The notes beneath the pieces are model-generated. The model had not been told where the DNA came from. It saw nothing but the letters and a program-made list of their open reading frames with translations, and ran no database searches. The position numbers and the translations under genes are program-made. 62,966 bases of DNA from a virus (lineage: Duplodnaviria; Caudoviricetes): IMG/VR virus record IMGVR_UViG_3300033143_001983, positions 1-62,966 of that record. One strand, given 5' to 3'. Positions 20,901 to 29,155 of the stretch are shown here, piece by piece (positions within the stretch are counted from its first letter, which is position 1; each line of letters opens with the position of its first letter).

Positions 20901-22048
20901 CATCCCCTCAAACCGCAGAATTGATCCAATCATTCTCTACAAAGACAGCAGCAAACAACACTTTTACATGTGGTTTTTGGATTATAAGGCTGGACTCTGA
21001 ATCGTCTACTATAAGGATGATAATTGAAGATTCAACTGGTAGTGATGTTTCAGCAATTGAACAATGCGGTTTGATAGGTAATGAAAACAAGTGGGAGTAT
21101 CATACTATTACTCACACGTTTGGAGCTGGAGCTACTGGCTCACCTCAGATAAAGTTTTATAACGGCAGTTCACAAAGTATTTGTGCAATATGGGGAGTTC
21201 ATTTTTCTGCTACTGATACTGCTGTTGGATATTGTCCGACAATTGACTATACTATCCCAAATGTAAGGGGAGCTTCTTTTTCTGATGTAGTTAGAATAAG
21301 TTCAGCAAAAGGTGGAGCACATTTACATATAAGTGAAGGGGGCGATCAAAATGGTGACGACTTCTTAGTTATTACTGATACATCTGGAGCAAAACAACTT
21401 TCTTTTGATTCTAATTATAATCTTGCCATGTTAACAGGTGAAATACAATGTGCTCCGGGTACAACAACCGTAGCATCTTTGAATATCCCTCTAGGAGTAG
21501 CTAAAACTTCACCAAACGAAGGAGATTTTGCTTATGTAGATGGGAAAATTGCATTTATGCAAAAGCAACCTGTAGCTCTAAATTTAAATATGGGAGCTAA
21601 GTTAACAACTACCACCGTTACAAATACGACAACAGAGACAGTTGTTTATAGTCACGACTTTGCCGCAAATCAATTACACGCAGAACAACTTATTCATGTT
21701 AACTGTTTAGGTATTGTAACTAATGCTACATCCTCAGATGATTATACTATTAGATACAAAGTTGGTGGTGTTACAATCCATACATTGAGTAGAGTTAGTG
21801 GTGCCGTTACAAATGGTCCAGTAGAACTACACCATAAAGGAACGGTAAGAACAGCAGGGGCGAGTGGGACTTTTGTTGATTTTGTTAATATGGATGAAGA
21901 CGGGGTTAGGTTTTATTCATCGTCAGCCACACCTTCCGCTATAAATACTACAGGAGCATTTACTTATGAAATCACTGTTCAATGGGCAAACGCTAAAGCA
22001 GGAAATGTCTTTGAGATGCTACAGGGTCATATACAATTAATAAACTAA
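17984..22048 (+). CDS. tail fibre protein with Mtd_N-like N-terminus and internal repeats
   Basis: LRRDTAANW...PILADGEPALETDTGKMKIGDG signature; HTH(A/Q), NPH.VT..QVGL and PT.TDDS..GYSVGS.W repeats. Confidence 0.85.
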   Translation: MAKKLLLRRDTAANWTSVDPILADGEPALETDTGKMKIGDGINIWSVLPYRLTSGEINTASNVGTAGVGLFKQKIAEDLEFKNINAGSSKVTITDDTGNNEVDVDIVEGNIVHQNLSGAGTNTHTQIDDHIADADIHYTKVDIGLTGLTDNMLIKSDGADSLQESGITVSDLDEMAGVTLDDPTNNIHADVVHLLVRNVTLSIIPKGTPVYVSGWNAGQDTVEVEPADADAVGEFPAIGLAESDIGPNSNGEVIAAGVLDNFYTDDWTVGESLYLSTTPGVLTNVRPTGTTTAVQNIAKVLRKHATFGVVLIQGAGRANDIPNDIDHDTDLLNVGTNTHAQIDSALSSLTGDQHTHANKALLDTYTQTEADIADAISKEHTHANKALLDTYTQTEVDLADAVSKKHTQETDLGLDSGGTNPVTAATIVSHHNNTSNPHTVTKAQVGLTDVQDILSNFAAILAPTATDDSAAGYSVGSKWIDTVTGEVYQCTDNTATAAVWAQTSLDAGELDHDNLINTHNLTTDIDHDQLTNFDTNEHFLQSAISIPASQISDFDTEVSNNTDVAANTSARHTQNSDTSLDFGQPNQVTAAETRTHLDDATIHYPQSSISIPASQISDFDTEVSNNTDVAANTSARHTQGTDLGLDSGGTNPITAATIKGHVDDVTTNPHVVTATQVGLGNVQDTLNNFTAIIAPLVTDDSGSGYSVGSNWIDVVADKTYHCVDDSVGAAVWIDISGNIVSPASVTNRAFASWTNAGQLRDNPTSWLGPSGDAWFEIANGAEFPLTIRGSQVGAFGSDPKGMDIEVTSTGNFGRLTGIKLTHSPSATVQYSNALDLHGTFTSLLHHAAGSTETSLSPAKLELENSSSVYAGNMVQLDLTGSPANAKFLQLSSGDRIEYQVDSKGNMLLSGSYVAPRAALGVFENCCKFSEAIDVGVTAGDWINTSSNWVLSPDNIEGPEGTINLADKLHANGSSPQTAELIQSFSTKTAANNTFTCGFWIIRLDSESSTIRMIIEDSTGSDVSAIEQCGLIGNENKWEYHTITHTFGAGATGSPQIKFYNGSSQSICAIWGVHFSATDTAVGYCPTIDYTIPNVRGASFSDVVRISSAKGGAHLHISEGGDQNGDDFLVITDTSGAKQLSFDSNYNLAMLTGEIQCAPGTTTVASLNIPLGVAKTSPNEGDFAYVDGKIAFMQKQPVALNLNMGAKLTTTTVTNTTTETVVYSHDFAANQLHAEQLIHVNCLGIVTNATSSDDYTIRYKVGGVTIHTLSRVSGAVTNGPVELHHKGTVRTAGASGTFVDFVNMDEDGVRFYSSSATPSAINTTGAFTYEITVQWANAKAGNVFEMLQGHIQLIN

Positions 22049-22057
22049 GGAGATATA

Positions 22058-22363
22058 ATGGAAATAATATTAAATGAAACTGCAAGTGAAGTAGTTCAAG
22101 AAGCAGTAACAGTAGAATACAATAGTATTAAGATAAAGGCACATAATATTGATGATGAAGCTAAAACTTTAGATATTCTATATAGAAAATATATGAATGG
22201 GGTTGAATTAGAAAAGAGTCTATCAGTAGTTACTGTAAGCGGTCAGGATTTTTTAGATCTGATAAACGCTCAACCTACCCCGGGATTATCAAGAGCTGAA
22301 GATATCCATGAGGCTTTACATGTCGCTTTACTAAAAGAACTAAACTTGACGGAAGTAGTATAG
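22058..22363 (+). CDS. putative tail fibre chaperone
   Basis: 101-aa acidic protein directly after fibre gene; function from position. Confidence 0.5.
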   Translation: MEIILNETASEVVQEAVTVEYNSIKIKAHNIDDEAKTLDILYRKYMNGVELEKSLSVVTVSGQDFLDLINAQPTPGLSRAEDIHEALHVALLKELNLTEVV

Positions 22364-22381
22364 AAGATTTTATTGACGTAT

Positions 22382-22456
22382 AATCAATAACTTATAAAAT
22401 AATTTAGCTAAAAAACGTATAATTTAACAACTATATAATGTAAACTAAGGTTTACA
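22382..22456 (+). promoter_or_regulatory. putative late promoter 5
   Basis: IHF consensus AATCAAtaacTTA (opposite orientation) at 22382; 22424-22456 matches 2376-2408 at 32 of 33 nt. Confidence 0.75.
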
Positions 22457-22478
22457 AGATAGAGAATAGGAGAAAAAC

Positions 22479-22718
22479 ATGTCTAAGATGGCTTTAAAAG
22501 CAGATTTATTAAAAATGCTTCGTGATGAGATGATGGAAGAAGAAAGAGATGAGGGAATGTCAGGATTAAGAGACATATTGCCTCAGAAGAAAATGCAAGC
22601 AACTATTATGGCTGATGACGAAAAAGGACTACTTGAAGGTGCTAAGAAGCTTCCAGAAGTGCTAAGCAAAGCAGAAAAGTTCAGAAAAGCTCGTATGGGC
22701 GATAAAAAGAAAAAATAA
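22479..22718 (+). CDS. small charged hypothetical protein
   Basis: 79 aa, AGGAG RBS. Confidence 0.7.
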   Translation: MSKMALKADLLKMLRDEMMEEERDEGMSGLRDILPQKKMQATIMADDEKGLLEGAKKLPEVLSKAEKFRKARMGDKKKK

Positions 22719-22741
22719 TAACTTAAATAGAGGAGTCAACT

Positions 22742-23743
22742 GTGGCAAGAATTTTAACAGGTGACAGTATGGTAAATTCAGTTCGTAAAAGGACGATGAC
22801 ACCAGAAGATACATCAACATTTACAGATGACGATATTCTAGATATAATTGATGAAGAGCTTAATGTACAGGTAATTGATAAATTACTTACGTTACATGGG
22901 GAAAATCTGACTATAGAAGTAGATGTTCCAAGAGATGCTTCTGGATGTTATACAATACCGTATAGAGCTGTTGGAAATAAGCTAAGAGATATTTCTCTAA
23001 TTAGTGGAAACACTATATATGAGATGGCTCAAATAAGTATAGGGGAGCTTCCTGATTATACTTATGGAGAATATGCTTCTAATGATTTAGATAAATTCTA
23101 TGTTCAAAATAACAAAATTAACTTAGTAGAACCTAATAGATCATATGAGTCTATTAGAGTTAGATACTACCTTAGACCAAACTTCTTAACTAAAATGGAT
23201 AAAGCTGGAGTAATTTCTGCCGCACCATTAGAAAGTATATATACGGACCCTGATCCTGAGATAGCTACCCAGACTGAAGCATACACTATAAAATTATCTA
23301 GTGTAGGAAAGGGATTCACTTCTACGGACTTATATGATATTGTTGGACATAAATCCCCAAATAAAATAAAGACATTTGATATTGTTCCATTATCTTTTAC
23401 TAAAAGTGGAACAACTGGAACTATAATTTTTGCAAAATCTGATATAGAAGGTATAATAAATGACATACAAGTTGGAGATTATGTAACAATTGCACAAGAA
23501 ACTCCGGTTCCAAATATTCCAACAGAAATGCATCCACTTCTTGCTCAAGCAGCAGCAGTTAATATTCTAGAATCTTTAACAGATACAGAAGCACTGGCAA
23601 ATGCTGAGAGAAGAATGGAAAAGATGACAAAGGCTGTACAATCTTTAATTGACGATAGAGTTGAATTAGCTCCTAAGAAGATTAAGCCTAGACATGGAAC
23701 ATTAGCCTCTGGATGGGGTCTTAATAACAGAGGTAAATACTAA
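22742..23743 (+). CDS. head-tail adaptor (tail tubular protein A-like)
   Basis: 333 aa upstream of nozzle-like gene; IPTEMHPLL.. motif typical of adaptor proteins. Confidence 0.6.
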   Translation: MARILTGDSMVNSVRKRTMTPEDTSTFTDDDILDIIDEELNVQVIDKLLTLHGENLTIEVDVPRDASGCYTIPYRAVGNKLRDISLISGNTIYEMAQISIGELPDYTYGEYASNDLDKFYVQNNKINLVEPNRSYESIRVRYYLRPNFLTKMDKAGVISAAPLESIYTDPDPEIATQTEAYTIKLSSVGKGFTSTDLYDIVGHKSPNKIKTFDIVPLSFTKSGTTGTIIFAKSDIEGIINDIQVGDYVTIAQETPVPNIPTEMHPLLAQAAAVNILESLTDTEALANAERRMEKMTKAVQSLIDDRVELAPKKIKPRHGTLASGWGLNNRGKY

Positions 23744-26700
23744 TGGGTGGAACTAGAGCTAATATGATTAAAGCTCGTGGTTTAGTTACCTATGGCTCAG
23801 AAATAAGTGTTGCAGAAGGATCTCAGCGACAGGCTACTAACGTAAACATTGATGAGGAGGGCGTAATTAGCCCTAGGAGAGGTTTTAACGACTATGCTGG
23901 ACCTACCACAGGTTCATCTGACTCTCTTGCCATTGTAAGCCAAATAATGGAGTATAAGGACTCTATTCTGCGCCAATACCAAGATAAAGTAGAGTATGAA
24001 GATAGTAATGGAGATTTCCAAGCTATTAACGGATCATATGCAAAATTACGTAATGGTTACAGAACTAAATATCAAGAATCTAACTCAAACTTATATTTCA
24101 CTTCAGATGTTGGAATCCAAAAGATTTCAGTAAAAGATAGAGCTTCTCTAAATGCTGATATGATTACAGCAGCAGGTGGTATTAAAGCCGGATATTCTTC
24201 TGGGAAAGTAGTACCTACAGTTGGTGGATTTTTACCGCCAGAATCTAAAGTTGCTTATAGAGTAATGTTTGGAACCAAAGATGCTAATAACAACCTAATT
24301 TATGGATCTCCAAGTTCTAGATTCGTAGTTTCAAATTACAATACAAGTACAATAACTCCAGAAAGTTGCTCAATTGATATCCTATTATACGGAACCATAG
24401 CTAATGGAGATTATTTTACCTATTCTAACTCCACAGGAAAATATACTATTTATTTTGACATAGATACCAACTCTGTTGAGCCTAAGACTAGCAGGACGAT
24501 AGGAAGTACTTATATAAAAGTTCCTATACAAGCCATAGGTACTAATAAAGCAGTAGCAGCAGTTCTTGCAAATGAAATGTCGGCTATCCCAAACAGTAAC
24601 ATAAGTATAGATACTACTATAGACACTAAAGTTATCATAGAAACCTCAGAAGAGGGCGATATAGCTGGCATAACAGACGCAAAAGACAAAGACGATACAG
24701 GCTCTATTCCATTAGTAATTTTAACTGCAACTGATGCAGAAGGTAATGTTCAAGAAGGATCTAGTACTACAGTAGAAGTTACTGGAGTAGTTCCAAATAA
24801 CACCACAACAGATTACTTCTATCAAGTCTACAGATCAAGTACTATCTCAGTGTCCACAGGACTAACTGTAAACGACTTAGATCCCGGAGATGAACTGAAT
24901 CTTGTATATGAAGCAGGGCTAACTGACGAAGAAGTAACAGCCGGAGAATTCACATTTACAGATACTACTCCAGAATCATTTAGAGCTGAAGCAGCTCCAT
25001 TACATACAAATAATGCAACAGGAGAAGGTATTCTTCAAGCAAATGAAGTGCCGCCAATTGCACTAGATATTGAGCTTTTTAGAGGCTATATGTTCTACGC
25101 AAATACTAAAGAAAAACATAGAACAGAATTCACTATTGTTTCAGTTGATGACTTTGTTTCAGGATCGACTAAAATTGTAATTGGAAATTCAGACATAACT
25201 AGGTATTATACATTTATTGGTACTACTCAAGTTCAAGATATAACTATTGATACAATACCTTTAAATGGAACCTATTTTAATTTATACTCCGCAAATGATG
25301 AAAGACGTTATTATGTATATTTCGGAGGTATTGACCCAGAGGTAGCAGGGGCTATTGGATATAGAATTGATATAACAGGATCTCCATCAACTTCAGATAT
25401 TGCAGATAGAATAGAAGCTGCTTTAGTTGATAATATAGATGTTACATTATCAGTTCTTTCAAATGTGGTGACTTTTACTCATACAAATAATGGGTATACA
25501 ACAGGTATTACAAATGGAATTGGAGCTAACATTACAATTGATACTCCTTCTACATTAGGTACTGGAGAATTATCTGGCACTGATGAAGGTGGAGATGTAC
25601 TTTTATCAGGACTTATTTCTGTTGGACAATCAATAGACGAAACTGCTAGAAGCTTAGTTAAAATTATTTCAAAAGATCCCGACTCTCCAGTTAATGCTTA
25701 TTACTTATCTTCTAGTGAAGATTTGCCGGGAAATATATTACTTGAAGCTAGATCATTAGAAGACAAGTACTTTTATCTTTCTGTTGAATCTGGAACACCT
25801 GCTTATAGTGCTGTTACTGAGTATAAAGTAAACGACGAAGTTGAAATAGATATAGACCAAGGTGGAGCGCCTTCAAAGGGATTCATAGCTGATGGAGATT
25901 ATGTATCAATAAACAGTAATGTTAATAATTATACATTCTGGTTTAACGTATCAGGCGGAGCTTCAGATCCATTAATACCCGGAACAATCGGAATTGAAGT
26001 AGACATTAGTGCGCTTCCAACAAGTGACGGATTGGTGCGAGTATTACTTGGTGATGCTATGGAAGCAATTTCAAATTTTGAATATCACATAACAACTATA
26101 GGTACTATTAAATTACATTCTAAAACAATAGAAGATATGCCGGATTCAACTATAACTATTGCTGACGTTTTATTACCAGTTACAATAACTAATACAGATA
26201 ATGAAGTTGACGCTACAGACAGAGTACTTTTTAATGAGAACATTTATGTATGTGCTCAGAATACATTAGGAAACGATCCATCAGGAACAACTGCGAATAA
26301 TGCATATTGGACATACGTTGATATAGGAGCAGAGTTTACTCCAGAACTTCCAATTTCAAGAAATATTGAAGAGTATACTGGAGCTACTACAGTAACTAAT
26401 ATAAAACTAACGTCCCATGATTACATAACAGGAGATGAAGTATTTGTAGGTGTTTTTGAAGTACCTTACGACAATGCTGTAGCTTATTTGGCTGCAACTC
26501 CAGATGTAGTAGAATATTCAGGAAACTTATATGAATGTATTTTAGATAGTACTGGAAACCTTCCATCAGGAGATACAACTGATAACACCTATTGGAAATA
26601 TATTTCTGAGCAATTTTCAGGAGTCTATCCTGTAACTTATATTGATGACGATAACTTTTCAATCGTAGTAGCAACTCCTGCGGCAACTGTAAGTTTTGTT

Positions 26701-28638
26701 CCAACATTTTCAACTGTGTTTAGTCCAGATGTTGAGTCGGACAATAAAGAACTTCCAAATAGAATCTATTACTCTAAGAAAAATGAGCCTGAAGCGGTTC
26801 CAATTGTAAATTATATTGATGTAGGAACTCAAGATGGCGAAATTAAAAGAATACTGGCTCTACGTGACAACTTATTCGTTCTCAAAGATGATGGAATATA
26901 TGTCGTTTCTGGTACTTCTGCACCGGATTGGTCTGTTCGACTTATCGACAGTACTAAGATACTCGCTGCTGATAGTGCTGTTGTTTTAAATAACCAAATC
27001 TACTGTTTAACTGAGCAAGGTATTACAAGAATTAATGGTTCTGGTGCAGCAATTATATCTCGTGGAATTGAGGATCAAATTGACTTAATTACGAATCAAC
27101 AATTTGACTACGCTTCCAACACATTTGGAATAGCTTATGAGAATGATAGAGCTTATATAATGTTCGCTCCTAAAGATAGTACTGATACTTCTGCGACTCA
27201 AGCTTTTAGATATAATATATTTGAGCAAACTTGGTCTAAGTGGGAATATGAAGCTACTTGTGGACACGTACTTGCAAGAAACAATAAGCTTTATCTTGGA
27301 GAAGCTGACAGAAACGTCATCTCTCAAGAAAGAAAGAATAACGATAGAACAGATCATGCTGATAGAAACTTTTCCGCAGCAATTAATACTGATGGAGTAG
27401 AGGCTAATGTTGTAGAGCTTTCTAGCTTAGTCGGAGTTGAGGTAAATGACGTAATAGTACAAGAACAAGAAGTAACTATTAACTACATAAATAACCGCCT
27501 TTTAAGAAAGATGGACTATTTTGATACTAACTTATCTCTAGGATCTTCTGGAGGTATTGTAACATACCCTGATACTAGTACTGTAAATTTCTACACTCCG
27601 TATCCTCATCAACTTGAAAACGGATCTACATGGTCTATTAGAATAGTAAGTAGTGAGCCAACTACAACAATAGAAGATTACGTAGTAACTAAAATAGACG
27701 CTAATAATTTCACTATACCTTATGACAGCTCTTCTTTTTCAATAGATGAGGCTATTTTCAAAGAATATTACTATAGAACATTTATTGCGTCAAATGGAGA
27801 TAATATTCCGGCAATAATGGAAGCCTTGAATGATCATTTGTTTTTATTAGATTTTTATTCAGCACCATCTTATGTAGGGACTACTATATACAATCCCGGA
27901 GATATTGTTAAATTTAACAGTTTAAAGTATGAGTGTATTTTAGTAACCACAGGGATAGATGATACATCAGAAGATCCTTCTGGGGCGGCTACGGACAATA
28001 CTTATTGGAGTTATATAACAACTGTTCCTGTTATAAGTAACAAAACCTATACATATATTAATGTCAGAGCTAATACTGAACTTTTAGTAGACGAGCTTAA
28101 TACTACATTAGCAATCACCTCTATAAAGTCATATAAGAAGCCTACAACGGTTTTCTATGAGGCATATATAGAATCTATTGATAAGCTTAGAAATCAAGTT
28201 ACAATGCATATAGAGCGTCCATTTATAGAAGGTGCTATAGAAGTTTATAAAGGCTTCACATGTACAATTGAGTGGAATCCGCAACATTTCGGAGATCCTT
28301 CAGCACTTAAGCAAATAAACTATGTGACAATTATGTTCGATCAAAACAACTTTTATAATGCTACGGCAAGTTTTGCTTCTGACGTATCCCAAGCACTTAA
28401 TACCGTCAATTTCAAAGGAAAAGGAATTGGATATTGGGGAGATATGCCTTGGTCAGATCCTAACCATTATTGGGGCGGAGTTGGAAATGACGTACCGTTT
28501 AGGAATCCAGTTCCAAGAAGTAAGCAGAAATGTAGATATTTATCCATTACTTTCGAGCATAAAAATGCAAGAGAAGACTTTAGAATAGTGGGAATTAGTG
28601 GAGTAGTTAGAGCAATTAGTGATAGGGCGTACAGATAA
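23743..28638 (+). CDS. tail nozzle (tubular protein B/P22 gp10-like) with inserted surface domains
   Basis: 1631 aa; N-terminal ATNVNID.EG.I..RRG, beta-propeller-like RIYYSK..EPEA segment; CBM5/12-like repeats. Confidence 0.7.
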   Translation: MGGTRANMIKARGLVTYGSEISVAEGSQRQATNVNIDEEGVISPRRGFNDYAGPTTGSSDSLAIVSQIMEYKDSILRQYQDKVEYEDSNGDFQAINGSYAKLRNGYRTKYQESNSNLYFTSDVGIQKISVKDRASLNADMITAAGGIKAGYSSGKVVPTVGGFLPPESKVAYRVMFGTKDANNNLIYGSPSSRFVVSNYNTSTITPESCSIDILLYGTIANGDYFTYSNSTGKYTIYFDIDTNSVEPKTSRTIGSTYIKVPIQAIGTNKAVAAVLANEMSAIPNSNISIDTTIDTKVIIETSEEGDIAGITDAKDKDDTGSIPLVILTATDAEGNVQEGSSTTVEVTGVVPNNTTTDYFYQVYRSSTISVSTGLTVNDLDPGDELNLVYEAGLTDEEVTAGEFTFTDTTPESFRAEAAPLHTNNATGEGILQANEVPPIALDIELFRGYMFYANTKEKHRTEFTIVSVDDFVSGSTKIVIGNSDITRYYTFIGTTQVQDITIDTIPLNGTYFNLYSANDERRYYVYFGGIDPEVAGAIGYRIDITGSPSTSDIADRIEAALVDNIDVTLSVLSNVVTFTHTNNGYTTGITNGIGANITIDTPSTLGTGELSGTDEGGDVLLSGLISVGQSIDETARSLVKIISKDPDSPVNAYYLSSSEDLPGNILLEARSLEDKYFYLSVESGTPAYSAVTEYKVNDEVEIDIDQGGAPSKGFIADGDYVSINSNVNNYTFWFNVSGGASDPLIPGTIGIEVDISALPTSDGLVRVLLGDAMEAISNFEYHITTIGTIKLHSKTIEDMPDSTITIADVLLPVTITNTDNEVDATDRVLFNENIYVCAQNTLGNDPSGTTANNAYWTYVDIGAEFTPELPISRNIEEYTGATTVTNIKLTSHDYITGDEVFVGVFEVPYDNAVAYLAATPDVVEYSGNLYECILDSTGNLPSGDTTDNTYWKYISEQFSGVYPVTYIDDDNFSIVVATPAATVSFVPTFSTVFSPDVESDNKELPNRIYYSKKNEPEAVPIVNYIDVGTQDGEIKRILALRDNLFVLKDDGIYVVSGTSAPDWSVRLIDSTKILAADSAVVLNNQIYCLTEQGITRINGSGAAIISRGIEDQIDLITNQQFDYASNTFGIAYENDRAYIMFAPKDSTDTSATQAFRYNIFEQTWSKWEYEATCGHVLARNNKLYLGEADRNVISQERKNNDRTDHADRNFSAAINTDGVEANVVELSSLVGVEVNDVIVQEQEVTINYINNRLLRKMDYFDTNLSLGSSGGIVTYPDTSTVNFYTPYPHQLENGSTWSIRIVSSEPTTTIEDYVVTKIDANNFTIPYDSSSFSIDEAIFKEYYYRTFIASNGDNIPAIMEALNDHLFLLDFYSAPSYVGTTIYNPGDIVKFNSLKYECILVTTGIDDTSEDPSGAATDNTYWSYITTVPVISNKTYTYINVRANTELLVDELNTTLAITSIKSYKKPTTVFYEAYIESIDKLRNQVTMHIERPFIEGAIEVYKGFTCTIEWNPQHFGDPSALKQINYVTIMFDQNNFYNATASFASDVSQALNTVNFKGKGIGYWGDMPWSDPNHYWGGVGNDVPFRNPVPRSKQKCRYLSITFEHKNAREDFRIVGISGVVRAISDRAYR

Positions 28639-29042
28639 TGAAACTTAATAATGTAACAGAAATCAGACCTGACGACTTCGACAAAGAGGATCGTAAAACT
28701 ATAGGTCAATTAGCCGGGATAATTAATCCATTTATGCAGCAACTAGTTGAAATACTGGATAAGAGGGTTGATTTCGAGAATAGAGTTGAAAATTACATAG
28801 AAGTTGACATGACAGTTGATGAAAGTGGAGTTCCTGTCCTGAATAACAAGATATCCACTGGAAAGACAAATGTTAGAGGATTGCCAGTAATTAACGCATA
28901 TAGTACCGTAAATGCTACTATTACGCCTACTGAGCAGCCATTTATAAGCTTTACTCAATTAGCAGAAGGATTCGTCCAAGTTAATAAGATAACGGGAATT
29001 CCGGCTAACGAGAAGTTTAGATTAAATATTATCGTGTACTAG
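28638..29042 (+). CDS. virion structural protein
   Basis: 134 aa coupled to nozzle gene. Confidence 0.7.
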   Translation: MKLNNVTEIRPDDFDKEDRKTIGQLAGIINPFMQQLVEILDKRVDFENRVENYIEVDMTVDESGVPVLNNKISTGKTNVRGLPVINAYSTVNATITPTEQPFISFTQLAEGFVQVNKITGIPANEKFRLNIIVY

Positions 29043-29133
29043 TAAGTATTTGATTTTACTGTACATTAAGAAAATAGTACTGTCTAGAGGCAGTATTTTT
29101 AACAACTATATATAGGGAGTCTTTACTCTCCCT
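29043..29133 (+). promoter_or_regulatory. putative late promoter 6 (ejection proteins)
   Basis: IHF consensus TAAgtatTTGATT at 29043-29055; TTAACAACTATATATA at 29099-29114; AGGGAG-8 nt-CTCCCT hairpin. Confidence 0.75.
29078..29100 (+). terminator. intrinsic terminator nested in promoter 6
   Basis: TACTGTC-taga-GGCAGTA-TTTTT. Confidence 0.55.
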
Positions 29134-29155
29134 TAATACTATTGAGGAATGACTA

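Noticed and set aside
17984-22048. Diversity-generating retroelement suggested by the Mtd_N-like N-terminus
   Set aside because: No reverse transcriptase in the window and no TR/VR pair differing only at adenines; internal repeats differ at synonymous sites of all bases
2376-29114. CRISPR array or att sites from the repeated TTAACAACTAT sequence
   Set aside because: Copies are kilobases apart and each precedes a gene block; no regular repeat-spacer period and no cas or integrase gene
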